Shown: positions 1 through 8,446 of the stretch, piece after piece
Layout: each line of letters opens with the position of its first letter
Numbering within the stretch: position 1 is the stretch's first letter
Source: Acidimicrobiales bacterium
GTDB lineage: Bacteria > Actinomycetota > Acidimicrobiia > Acidimicrobiales > DASSOZ01
Length of the DNA: 64,000 nucleotides
Direction: 5' to 3'
NCBI GenBank assembly: GCA_035700105.1
Contig: DASSOZ010000029.1
Coordinates: 13,605-77,604, forward strand
Translations under genes and position numbers: made by a program
The notes under the pieces: model-generated
Told to the model about the DNA's origin: nothing
Database searches by the model: none
The model's input: only the letters and a program-made list of their open reading frames with translations

Positions 1-31
1 CTGCTGGTCCTCCGTCTCGGCGAGGAAGGTG

Positions 32-49
32 CCTGACACGGGCGTCAGG
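32..49. promoter_or_regulatory. 18-bp palindrome CCTGAC-ACGGGC-GTCAGG (operator candidate)
   Basis: Perfect arms. Lies 50 nt upstream of usp ATG 100, and the TATCGT -10-like box at 63-68 follows it. Confidence 0.6.
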
Positions 50-99
50 GTAGCGGGAGCGATATCGTCGCATCGCGACCGACCACGGGGGGTGGGGTC

Positions 100-543
100 A
101 TGTTCCGGAACATCGTCGTCGGCTTCGACGGCACGCCGACTTCGACCGAGGCGCTCAACCGGGCGGCCGATCTCGCGGCGCTGGCGGGTGCGCATCTCCA
201 CATCGTCTCGGCGTACGCGCCCGGCACGAAGGTCAGCGACGTCGGTCGGGGCGACAACGGCTGGCTGGTCGGTACGCACACGGCGAAGCACGCCAACGGC
301 GCCCGCCGCATCGTCAAGAACGCCGCGGCGGCGCTCGTGGCCGAGCGGGCGCTCGGCGTCACGACGCACACGGCGCAGGGCGAGCCCGCGGACGTGCTCG
401 TGCGCATCGCCGCCGAGGCCCAGGCCGACCTGATCATCGTCGGCAACAAGGGCATGCGCGGCGCCCGCCGCGTCCTCGGCAGTGTCCCGAACCGGGTGGC
501 GCACAAGGCGCCGTGCGGGGTGATGATCGTCCAGACCACCTGA
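100..543 (+). CDS. universal stress protein (UspA family)
   Basis: 147-aa ORF with N-terminal IVVGFDGT and C-terminal LIIVGNKGMRG...GSVPNRVAHKAPCGVMIV, typical of the Usp ATP-binding fold. A G-rich SD (GGGGGGTGGGG) lies just upstream of ATG 100. Confidence 0.85.
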   Translation: MFRNIVVGFDGTPTSTEALNRAADLAALAGAHLHIVSAYAPGTKVSDVGRGDNGWLVGTHTAKHANGARRIVKNAAAALVAERALGVTTHTAQGEPADVLVRIAAEAQADLIIVGNKGMRGARRVLGSVPNRVAHKAPCGVMIVQTT

Positions 544-547
544 CTAC

Positions 548-565
548 TCTGACGCCCGTGTCAGG
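548..565. promoter_or_regulatory. 18-bp palindrome TCTGAC-GCCCGT-GTCAGG (operator candidate)
   Basis: Lies in the usp/fadD-like gap, 28 nt upstream of ATG 594. Its reverse complement matches the 32-49 copy at 17 of 18 positions. Confidence 0.6.
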
Positions 566-593
566 GAACGTCCCCGCGCCCGGCGAGGCGCCG

Positions 594-2261
594 ATGCCGG
601 CCGCCAACGCGGCCGCGCTGCTGCGCCGGAACGCGTCGGATCCGTCGATCGCCGGCCGGGTCGCGGTGCGCGCCGGCGACGAGACCTGGACGCACGGCGC
701 GTACGTCGACGAGTGCTGCCGCTGGGCCCAACTGTTCCTGTCACGCCGAACGGACGACGCGCCCTTTCACGTCGGGGTCCTGCTGGACAACGTGCCGGAG
801 TACCTGTTCGCGCTCGGCGGTGCGGCGCTCGCCGGTGCAACGGTCGTCGGCCTGAACCCGACGCGCGTCGGTGAGCACCTGGTGCGCGACGCGACCCACA
901 CCGATGTCGCGTTCGTCGTGACGGAGCCGCGGCACGAGTCGACCGTCGAGCCGCTGTCGTCGTCGATGGAGGTGCTCGTCGCCGGGTCGTCGCTCGACAA
1001 GGCGCTGGCATCGGTGCCGGAAGGAGACCCCGGCATCGAACCGGACGCGTCGACGCCGTGGGCGCTGATCTTCACGTCGGGCACGTCGGGCGCGCCGAAG
1101 GCGGTGATCTGCTCGCAGCGCCGCATCATGGTGACGGGCACGCGGATGGGCATCATCCTCGGTGTCGGACCCGACGACGTCGGCTACGTCTGCATGCCGC
1201 TGTTCCACTCGAACGCAGTCATGGTCGGGTGGGCGCCGTCGCTCGTCTACGGGTGCTCGGTCGCGCTGGCGCGGCGGTTCAGCGCGTCGGGGTGGCTGCC
1301 CGACGTCCGCCGCTACGGCGCGACGTACTGGAACTACACGGGCAAGCCGCTGGCGTACCTGCTGGCGACGCCCCAGCACGCCGACGATGCGAAGAACCCG
1401 CTGCGCGTCGCGTACGGCAACGAGGGCGCGCCGCGGTTGGTCGAGGCGTTCGCCCGGCGCTTCGACGTGCAGGTGATCGACGCCTTCGGTGCGACGGAGG
1501 GCGGCGTCGCGGTGCAGCGGGTGGACGGCATGCCCGACGGCGCGGTCGGCCTGGCGGGCGAGCACGTGCGGGTCGTCGACGCGGAAACGGGTGCGGAACG
1601 TCCGCGGGCGCGTTTCGGTGCCGACGGCACGCTCGAGAACCCGACCGAGTGCGTCGGCGAGATCGTGAACACCGGCGGCGTCGGCCCGTTCGAGGGCTAC
1701 TACAACAACGACGAGGCCAACGCCCGCACGATGCGCAACGGGTGGTACTGGTCCGGCGACCTCGGCTACCTCGACGCCGACGGGTACCTGTTCTTCGCCG
1801 GGCGCAACGCCGACTGGATCCGGGTCGACGGCGAGAACTTCCCGGCGGGTCCGATCGAGAACGCGGTGCTCCGGCACCCGGACGTGCTGGCGGGCGCGGT
1901 GTACGGCGTGCCCGACGCGCAAGCCGGTGATCAGGTCATGGCGTCGCTGGTGCTGCGCGACGGCGCGTCGTTCGACGGCGCTGCGTTCGCGTCGTTCGTC
2001 GACGGGCTCGCCGACGTCGGTCCCAAGTGGCGGCCGCGTTACGTGCGGGTGTGCCGCGAGCTGCCGCGCACGCCGACGAACAAGGTCCTCGCGCGCGTCC
2101 TGGTCCACGAGAAGTTCCGACTCGACCGCGTGGGCCCCGGCGATGCCGTCTGGGTGCGCGGTCGCGACGATGCGTCCTACCGGCCGTTCGACGCTGGCGC
2201 GGAGGCCGCGCTGCGCGACGAGTTCGCCGCGAACGGCCGCGCCCGGTTCTGGGACCTGTGA
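594..2261 (+). CDS. acyl-CoA synthetase / AMP-dependent ligase (FadD-like)
   Basis: AMP-binding signature IFTSGTSGAPKAV, then GDLGYLDADGYLFFAGR and C-terminal PRTPTNKV. The ORF-track start at 513 overlaps usp, so I chose in-frame ATG 594, preceded by GGCGAGG. The start is uncertain. Confidence 0.85.
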   Translation: MPAANAAALLRRNASDPSIAGRVAVRAGDETWTHGAYVDECCRWAQLFLSRRTDDAPFHVGVLLDNVPEYLFALGGAALAGATVVGLNPTRVGEHLVRDATHTDVAFVVTEPRHESTVEPLSSSMEVLVAGSSLDKALASVPEGDPGIEPDASTPWALIFTSGTSGAPKAVICSQRRIMVTGTRMGIILGVGPDDVGYVCMPLFHSNAVMVGWAPSLVYGCSVALARRFSASGWLPDVRRYGATYWNYTGKPLAYLLATPQHADDAKNPLRVAYGNEGAPRLVEAFARRFDVQVIDAFGATEGGVAVQRVDGMPDGAVGLAGEHVRVVDAETGAERPRARFGADGTLENPTECVGEIVNTGGVGPFEGYYNNDEANARTMRNGWYWSGDLGYLDADGYLFFAGRNADWIRVDGENFPAGPIENAVLRHPDVLAGAVYGVPDAQAGDQVMASLVLRDGASFDGAAFASFVDGLADVGPKWRPRYVRVCRELPRTPTNKVLARVLVHEKFRLDRVGPGDAVWVRGRDDASYRPFDAGAEAALRDEFAANGRARFWDL

Positions 2262-2267
2262 GCTGAC

Positions 2268-3401
2268 GTGGACCTGCGACTGACCGACGAGGAGGAGGCG
2301 TTCGCGCTCGACGTGCGGACGTGGCTGGCTGACAACCTCGACGCGCCGCCGTCGTTCTCGTCGATGGACGACGAGGTGGCGTGGGGGCGCGAGTGGCAGC
2401 GGCGTTTGGCTCGCGACCGGTGGGTCGGCATCCACTGGCCGTACGAGTACGGCGGCCGCGGCGCCCCGCCGGTGCAGGTCGCCATCTTCAACGCCGAGTA
2501 CGCCCGGGCCGGCGCGCCGCAACCGGTCAACCGGGTGGGCATCAACCTCGCCGGCCCGACGCTGCTCGCCCACGGCACGGACGAGCAGAAGGCGCGGTGG
2601 CTGCCGTCGATCCTCACCGCCGAGGAGATCTGGTGCCAGCTGTTCAGCGAGCCCGAGGCCGGGTCGGACCTCGCGTCGCTGCGAACGACGGCGACACCGG
2701 TCGGCGACGGGTGGGTGCTCAACGGGCAGAAGGTGTGGACGTCGTACGCGCAGTACGCGCGGTGGGGCATCTGCCTCGCCCGCACCGACGTCGACGCGCC
2801 CAAGCACCGCGGCATCTCCTTCCTCGTCGTCGACATGGACGCGCCGGGCATCGAGGTCCGCCCGCTCGTGCAGATCACCGGCGAGGCAGAGTTCAACGAG
2901 GTGTTCTTCGACGAGGTGTTCGTGCCGTCGTCGCACCTCGTCGGCGGTCTGAACCAGGGGTGGGCGGTGGCGTCGACGACATTGGCGCACGAGCGGGGGA
3001 CGGCGTTCCCGTTCAAGGAGCAGGTCGTCCACGAGGTGTACCTCGACGAGCTGTTCCGCTCCGCTCGCGATCGTGGGCTGCTCGACGACGTCGAGGCGCG
3101 CGACGGGCTGGCGCAGTCGTTCGTCGAGCTGCGGGTGTTGCGCCTGCTGAACTGGCGCACGCTGTCGCGGCTGTCGCGCGGCGAGCAGCCGGGCGCCGAG
3201 TCGTCGATCACGAAGCTCGTGTGGTCGGACATGACGCAGCACCTGTCGTCGGTTGCGCTCGCGCTGGAGGGCCCGGCGTCCCCGCTGTGGGGCCGTTGGG
3301 AACGTCAGTGGCTGTGGTCGAAGGCGGCGTCGATCGCCGGCGGGACCTCCGAGGTGCAGCGGACGATCATCGGTGAGCGGCTGCTGGGGCTGCCGCGCTG
3401 A
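2268..3401 (+). CDS. acyl-CoA dehydrogenase
   Basis: 377 aa with ACAD motifs: WCQLFSEPEAGSDLASL, WTSYAQYARWG, and C-terminal IAGGTSEVQRTIIGERLLGLP. GTG start lies 6 nt after the fadD-like stop. Confidence 0.9.
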   Translation: MDLRLTDEEEAFALDVRTWLADNLDAPPSFSSMDDEVAWGREWQRRLARDRWVGIHWPYEYGGRGAPPVQVAIFNAEYARAGAPQPVNRVGINLAGPTLLAHGTDEQKARWLPSILTAEEIWCQLFSEPEAGSDLASLRTTATPVGDGWVLNGQKVWTSYAQYARWGICLARTDVDAPKHRGISFLVVDMDAPGIEVRPLVQITGEAEFNEVFFDEVFVPSSHLVGGLNQGWAVASTTLAHERGTAFPFKEQVVHEVYLDELFRSARDRGLLDDVEARDGLAQSFVELRVLRLLNWRTLSRLSRGEQPGAESSITKLVWSDMTQHLSSVALALEGPASPLWGRWERQWLWSKAASIAGGTSEVQRTIIGERLLGLPR

Positions 3402-3423
3402 GCGACCGGGCACAACCCGTCAC

Positions 3424-3597
3424 ATGAGCGATCAGCAGAACGTCGACGACCGCGACCAGAAGGACCCGTTCCCCGCCGACCAGCAGTTCGGCGCCAAGGC
3501 GGCCGCCGACGCCGAGAAGGCCGACCGTGGCGAGACGCCCGAGCGCAGCGAGGGCGAGGGCGAGGGCGAGGGCCCGAGGGCCGGCAACAAGGCCTGA
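3424..3597 (+). CDS. hypothetical small acidic low-complexity protein (57 aa)
   Basis: ATG 3424 is in frame within ORF 3253..3597. GC3-rich codons. Sequence MSDQQNVDDRDQKD...EGEGEGEG. No family recognised. Followed immediately by a 51-nt palindromic repeat. Confidence 0.4.
   Translation: MSDQQNVDDRDQKDPFPADQQFGAKAAADAEKADRGETPERSEGEGEGEGPRAGNKA
3550..3573 (+). repeat. (GAGGGC)x4 hexanucleotide microsatellite, coding for EGEGEGEG
   Basis: Four exact tandem GAGGGC units read directly in the sequence, inside the small ORF. Confidence 0.9.
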
Positions 3598-3606
3598 CCC
3601 AAAGAC

Positions 3607-3657
3607 CGAACTGGGCGTAGATCCGTACCGCAGAGGTACAGATCTACGCCGAGTTCG
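3607..3657. repeat. 51-nt palindromic repeat, family 1 copy A (probable bidirectional terminator)
   Basis: CGAACTGGGCGTAGATCCGTACC-GCAGA-GGTACAGATCTACGCCGAGTTCG: 23-nt arms with 2 mismatches and a 5-nt loop. Near-identical to 18843..18893. The right arm encodes the last codons and stop of the convergent hyuA. Confidence 0.8.
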
Positions 3658-5725
3658 TTGCGGTTCTCAGGTCGTACGTCCCGGCGGCGTCGAGCGTGCA
3701 CGTCCAGCCGGGGGCGACGACGACGACCGTGAACGGCTCCTCGACGAGTGCGGGGCCGTCGACCGACGCGCCGGGCGCGAGGGCGGCGCCGTCGTAGACC
3801 GGCGTGTCGACCCAGCCGTCGCCGAACCACACCGGACGCGCGCCGGTGCGGGCCTGCGACGCGTCCGTGACGGTGCCGACAACCGCGAGCGCGTCGGGCT
3901 TCGGGGTGCGCCCCGACGCGGCGAGTCGCACGCCCCTCAGCAGCGGCTGCTGGTTGCGGAACGCGAACCCGCGGTCGGCCTCGTGCAGGTCGTGGAACCG
4001 GCCGGCGAGGTCGAACAGACCCGGCTCGTCGAGGCCGGCGCCGCCGTCCGGCACCGGGACGCTCATGTCCCAGTTCTGGCCCGGATAGCACATGAGCGCG
4101 TACGCGCTGCGGGTCACGTCGTCCGGCGACAGGTTGGCCGGCGCGAGCTCGTGGTCGGCCTCGTCGGCGAGCTCGGCGAACAGCTTCTTCACGCGGGCGA
4201 CGTCCACCCGCGACAGGGGGGTGACGTAGGCCCGCGTCAGGTCGATCACGTAGTCGGCGACGAGCAGGCCCAGTGCCGAGAACGCCGGCGCCGCCTTCGG
4301 CACCAGCACCCTCGAGATGCCGAGCTCGGGCGCCTGCGCCCACGCATGCACGGCGCCGTTGCCGCCGTAGGCGATCATCGCCAGATCTCGCGGGTCGGCG
4401 CCGTACTGGGCGACGACCCTGCGGACTGCGTTCGCCATGTTGGCGTTGACGATGCGCTCGATCCCCCACGCGGCGTCGACGGCGTCGAGACCGAGCGGTT
4501 CGCCGACGTCACGGGCGATCGCGGCACGGGCGGCGTCGACGTCCAGGCGCATGCGGCCGCCGGCGAACGTGTCGCCGGCCGGCAGATACCCGAGCACGGC
4601 GTCGGCGTCGGTCACCGTCGCGCGGCGACCACCCCGCCCGTAGCAGACGGGACCGGGTTGGGCGCCGGCGGACTCGGGCCCGACGAGCAGTGCGCCCTGC
4701 CGTACGGACGCGATCGACCCGCCGCCGGCCCCGACGGACTCGACGTCGACCATCGGGATCCCGATGTAGTAGCGGTACCGCCAGTTGTCGTCGGTCTTCA
4801 GCACCGGCTGCCCGTCGCGCACCAGGCAGACGTCGTACGACGTGCCGCCCATGTCGACGGCCACGAAGTCGGGCGCCCCGCTGCGGGCCGCGGCGACGGT
4901 CGAACCCATCACGCCGCCGGTCGGACCCGATGCCAGCAGCGACACCGCCCGCTTGCTGACGTACTCGGGCGGCATCACGCCACCGGTCGACTGCATGATC
5001 AGCATCTGCCCGCCGAACCCGGCGTCGCGCAGCTTGCCGGTGAGCCGCTGCGTGTACGACGCGATCCGGGGCGCGACGTACGCGTTGACGAGCGTCGTCG
5101 ACGTCCGCTCGAACTCCGGCGCCTTCGGCATCACCTCGTGTGACAGCGAGATGTGCGCGACGTCGGGGTACTCCTCGACGATCAGCTCGCGCGCCCGCAG
5201 CTCGTGCGCGGGGTTCGTGAACGAGTGCAGGAAGACGACGGCGATGGAGGTGCAGCCGAGCTTCCGCAGTCGCTGCACCCCGGCGCGCACCGCCGCCTCG
5301 TCGAGCGGCAGGACGACGTTGCCGTCGACGTCGAGGCGCTCGGGGATCGGGATGCGGGCACGCCGCCGGGCGATCGGCGGGGGAGCGGGATACGACGGGT
5401 CCCAGATCTCCTCCTTGTGCACCCGCCGCATCTCGATCTCGTCGCGGTGGCCTTCGGTGACGAGCAGCCCGGTGGGTGCACCGTCCATCTCGATCATCGT
5501 GTTGTCCGCGGTCGTCGTCCCGTGCACGAGCGCGTCGAGCTGCGCGCAGAAGTCGGACAACGAACACCCGACGTGCGTCGCCAGCAGCTCGAGCCCGTTC
5601 ATCACCCCGGCGGACTGGTCGTCGGGCGTAGTGGGCGTCTTGTCGAGGATCACCTCGCCCGACGGCGTGACGCAGATCAGGTCGGTGAACGTCCCGCCGA
5701 CATCGATGCCGACGCGAAATCCCAT
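3644..5725 (-). CDS. hyuA: hydantoinase/oxoprolinase A subunit (N-methylhydantoinase A-like)
   Basis: True start MGFRVGIDVGGTFTDL lies inside the 998-aa ORF-track entry, giving 693 aa. ATGA start/stop overlap with the upstream B subunit at 5725. Hydantoinase_A-type ATPase motifs are present (DMGGTSYDV). Confidence 0.9.
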   Translation of the reverse strand: MGFRVGIDVGGTFTDLICVTPSGEVILDKTPTTPDDQSAGVMNGLELLATHVGCSLSDFCAQLDALVHGTTTADNTMIEMDGAPTGLLVTEGHRDEIEMRRVHKEEIWDPSYPAPPPIARRRARIPIPERLDVDGNVVLPLDEAAVRAGVQRLRKLGCTSIAVVFLHSFTNPAHELRARELIVEEYPDVAHISLSHEVMPKAPEFERTSTTLVNAYVAPRIASYTQRLTGKLRDAGFGGQMLIMQSTGGVMPPEYVSKRAVSLLASGPTGGVMGSTVAAARSGAPDFVAVDMGGTSYDVCLVRDGQPVLKTDDNWRYRYYIGIPMVDVESVGAGGGSIASVRQGALLVGPESAGAQPGPVCYGRGGRRATVTDADAVLGYLPAGDTFAGGRMRLDVDAARAAIARDVGEPLGLDAVDAAWGIERIVNANMANAVRRVVAQYGADPRDLAMIAYGGNGAVHAWAQAPELGISRVLVPKAAPAFSALGLLVADYVIDLTRAYVTPLSRVDVARVKKLFAELADEADHELAPANLSPDDVTRSAYALMCYPGQNWDMSVPVPDGGAGLDEPGLFDLAGRFHDLHEADRGFAFRNQQPLLRGVRLAASGRTPKPDALAVVGTVTDASQARTGARPVWFGDGWVDTPVYDGAALAPGASVDGPALVEEPFTVVVVAPGWTCTLDAAGTYDLRTATNSA

Positions 5726-7536
5726 CAGGCCGCCGACCGGCGCTCGGCCCGCAGCGCGACGGTCGCGTCGACGTCGACGTCGAGCGTCAGGTCCTCGAGC
5801 GAGCCGGTGAGCACGACGCCGTAATCGCGCCGCGCGCCCTCGACCGAGACGTACTCGTCGAGGACGTCGTCCAACACTGCCTGCGGGTCGCGGTCGAGCG
5901 GGTCGCCCCAACCGCCGCCGCCGCCGTAGTCGTAGCAGAGGCGCTCGCCCGCCTCGTGCGGCACCCAGTTGGCGGTGTGGGCGACGACGTCCTCGTGGTC
6001 GGACCCGTAGTGCAGCGTCAACCGGTTCGGTGCGCCGGGGGCGCCACCGGCGATGCCCGGCATCGGGTACTTCATGCCGACGACGTAGGTGTAGAGCTTG
6101 AACGGGACGAGCACCTGCTTCACCCAGTGGCTGCCGCACAGCCCGCGCCACTGCCCGGGACCCCCGCTGTCGGTGCGGTAGTCGCGGCCCCACTGGATGT
6201 GGGGGAAGATCGACTCGTTGATCTCGGCGGTCGCCTTCCAGAGGTTGCCGAACGACGCGGCCTGCGCGCCCCACGCGTCCATGCCGCGCGCGGCGTTGCA
6301 CCAGCCGGCGTAGACCTCCGTCGACGGGTCGACGAACTGTTGCCCGGTGCGCGGGTCGACACCGGTGATCGTCGTCGGGATGCCCGTCTTGTACGTCTGC
6401 GGGACGGCCTTGTCCGGCAGCACGTGCTCGAACGCCTTGGCGATGACCTCGCCGATGTCGGCGCCGGGGTGGTGCGTGCCCGCGCTGACGGGCTTGCCGT
6501 TGCGGGGGTTGAGGACGCAACCGAGTGGCGCGACGAGCTCGATCGACTCGAAGAAGCCCTCGTTCTTCGGGATCGCCGGGTCCATCATCGAGGCGATCTG
6601 GGCGATCGTGTAGCCGCGCGTGTTGCCGTACGTCGACCACGCCTGGATCTCGTCGCGCGTGTCGGACCCCGTGTAGTCGATGCGGAGGTGGTCACCGTCG
6701 ACGGTGATCTTCACGTGGATGTGGATGTCGGGGTTGCCGAGCGGGTCGTGGTCGACGTACGCGTCGGCCTCGTACGTGCCGTCGGGCCACGCGCTGACCT
6801 CTTCGCGGAAACGCCGCGACGCGTAGTCGATCATGTAGTCGACGCTGCTCTTCACGGCGTCGGCGCCGTAGCGCTCGACGATCTCGGTGAGGCGGCGGGC
6901 GGCGAGCTGCGCGGCGCCGATCTGCGCGCGCAGGTCGCCGAGGTAACCGGGCAGGCGGTTGTTCGTCTGCAGCGCGTAGAGGACGTCGCGCCGCTCCTCG
7001 CCGCGGTCGATCACCTTGACGACCGGCCAGCGCACGCCCTCGCCCCAGATGTCGTTGGCCGTGACGTTGTACCCGCCGGGGACCGCGCCGCCGGTGTCGC
7101 CGTGATGGCACTGGATCGAGGGGATCAGCAGCAGTTCGCCGGTCGCCGGGTCGTGCACGGGGGCGAACACGTTGTAGTCGGGGAGGTGCCCACCGCCGTG
7201 GTAGGGGTCGTTGGCGACGAACACGTCGCCCGGACGGAACTCGCCGGCGCCGAGGTACTCGAGCGCGAACCGGATGGGCAGCGCGCTCGACAGCATGAAC
7301 TGCGGGATGCCGACGCTGAGCGCGGCGAGCCTGCCGGAGGCGTCGAGGATCGACCCGTTGCGCTCGTTCGACTGGTTCAGGATGGGCGTCGTCGCCGTGC
7401 GGGAGACGTAGGTCGCCATCTCCCAGCAGACGGTCTCCATCGCGCCGCGCACGACCTCGGCCGTGACCGGGTCGACGTCCGACGTGCCGCCCAGTTGCCC
7501 GCGCTGGCCGGCGAGCTGGACCAGGTCGACGTCCAT
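5725..7536 (-). CDS. hyuB: hydantoinase B / oxoprolinase family subunit
   Basis: 603 aa with DPVTAEVVRGAMETV and YHGGGHLPDYNVFAPV, typical of the Hydantoinase_B family. SD GGGAGC lies 8 nt upstream of ATG 7536. Confidence 0.9.
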   Translation of the reverse strand: MDVDLVQLAGQRGQLGGTSDVDPVTAEVVRGAMETVCWEMATYVSRTATTPILNQSNERNGSILDASGRLAALSVGIPQFMLSSALPIRFALEYLGAGEFRPGDVFVANDPYHGGGHLPDYNVFAPVHDPATGELLLIPSIQCHHGDTGGAVPGGYNVTANDIWGEGVRWPVVKVIDRGEERRDVLYALQTNNRLPGYLGDLRAQIGAAQLAARRLTEIVERYGADAVKSSVDYMIDYASRRFREEVSAWPDGTYEADAYVDHDPLGNPDIHIHVKITVDGDHLRIDYTGSDTRDEIQAWSTYGNTRGYTIAQIASMMDPAIPKNEGFFESIELVAPLGCVLNPRNGKPVSAGTHHPGADIGEVIAKAFEHVLPDKAVPQTYKTGIPTTITGVDPRTGQQFVDPSTEVYAGWCNAARGMDAWGAQAASFGNLWKATAEINESIFPHIQWGRDYRTDSGGPGQWRGLCGSHWVKQVLVPFKLYTYVVGMKYPMPGIAGGAPGAPNRLTLHYGSDHEDVVAHTANWVPHEAGERLCYDYGGGGGWGDPLDRDPQAVLDDVLDEYVSVEGARRDYGVVLTGSLEDLTLDVDVDATVALRAERRSAA

Positions 7537-7554
7537 CAGCTGCGCTCCCAGATC

Positions 7555-7572
7555 CCTGACATGAGCGTCAGG
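7555..7572. promoter_or_regulatory. 18-bp palindrome CCTGAC-ATGAGC-GTCAGG (operator candidate)
   Basis: Perfect 6-bp arms. Lies 18 nt upstream of the hyuB start, in the 48-bp gap after the LLM oxidoreductase stop. Confidence 0.6.
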
Positions 7573-7584
7573 AATCCTACTGCG

Positions 7585-8433
7585 CTATGTGAGCGCGGCG
7601 GCCAGCTCCCGCCACGTCGCCGCGGGCACCGGGGCGCGCGGATCCTCGCTGATCACCTGGATGCAGACATGGTCGGCGCCCGCGTCGCGGTGGGCGGCGA
7701 CGCGGGCGGCGATCGTGTCGATGTCGCCGCACACGATCAGCGCGTCGACCAGACGATCGCTGACCTGCTCGATGTCGTCGTCCGTGAACCCGCTGCGGCG
7801 CCAGTTGTTCGCGTAGTTGGGCAGCTGCGCGTACCCCTGCACGTTCCTCCGGGCGACCTCGCGTGCCCGGGCGACGTCGGCGTCGAGGATCACGCCCTGC
7901 TCGGGCGCGAGCAGCGCGTCCGGCCCGAGGATCTCGCGCGCCCGGGCGGTGTGGTCCGGTGTGGCGAGGTACGGGTGGGCACCGGCGGTGCGATCGCGGG
8001 CGAGCTCGAGCATCTTCGGGCCGAGCGCGGCGAGACAGCGTGACGCGGGCGGCACCGCGTCGGCGCCGTCGAGCGCGTCGAGGTAGTCGCGCACGACCGA
8101 CAGTGGACGGCGCCACGTCTCGCCGATGAGCGCGGCGTGGCTCGCGCCGAGCCCGAGCAGGACGCGCCTGCGGGTGGCGTCGTCGTGCAGTCCCGTCCAC
8201 CACGACGCGGTGTCGGTCGCGTCGTGCATCCACACGTTGAGGATGCCGGTCGCGATCGTGACCGTCGACGTCGCGGCGAGGAGCCGGTCGAGCGCGGGGA
8301 AGAGGTCGCCGCCGACATCGGGCACCCAGAGCGCGGAGAAGCCGAGCGATTCCAACTCGGCCGCGAGTTCGGTGACGCGCGCGGCGTCGCCGTAGCGCAG
8401 CTCGGGTGACCAGACGCCTGTTCCGTTCAGCAC
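7585..8433 (-). CDS. LLM-class (luciferase-like) F420-dependent oxidoreductase
   Basis: C-terminal part of ORF 7585..8964. Contains GFSALWVPD, LLGLGASH and PYLATPDHTARAREILG, a luciferase-like TIM-barrel pattern. Start set at GTG 8433, just after the upstream gene's stop. The start is uncertain. Confidence 0.7.
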   Translation of the reverse strand: MLNGTGVWSPELRYGDAARVTELAAELESLGFSALWVPDVGGDLFPALDRLLAATSTVTIATGILNVWMHDATDTASWWTGLHDDATRRRVLLGLGASHAALIGETWRRPLSVVRDYLDALDGADAVPPASRCLAALGPKMLELARDRTAGAHPYLATPDHTARAREILGPDALLAPEQGVILDADVARAREVARRNVQGYAQLPNYANNWRRSGFTDDDIEQVSDRLVDALIVCGDIDTIAARVAAHRDAGADHVCIQVISEDPRAPVPAATWRELAAALT

Positions 8434-8446
8434 CGCGGTGACGCTG

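Noticed and set aside
29-539. ORFs 29..433(+) and 45..539(-) overlapping usp
   Set aside because: Both have Arg/Ser/Pro-rich nonsense composition. The usp frame has clear family motifs and an SD.
741-3413. 890-aa ORF on the minus strand, antisense to the fadD-like and ACAD genes
   Set aside because: Its composition is extremely Arg/Pro/Gly/Asp/His-rich with no motifs, and it lies exactly opposite two genes that have clear family signatures. This is a typical shadow ORF of very GC-rich DNA. The same reasoning applies to 5956..8043(+), 21254..23530(+), 30616..32757(+), 37709..39943(-), 41362..43326(-), 35026..37302(+) and the many shorter Arg-rich ORFs in the track.
3550-3573. Short tandem repeats (GAGGGC x4; 12-bp x3 at 47961-47996; 45-bp pair at 18609/18732) as a CRISPR or other array
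   Set aside because: All are in-frame inside coding regions, lack repeat-spacer organisation, and no cas genes are present. I report them only as coding repeats.
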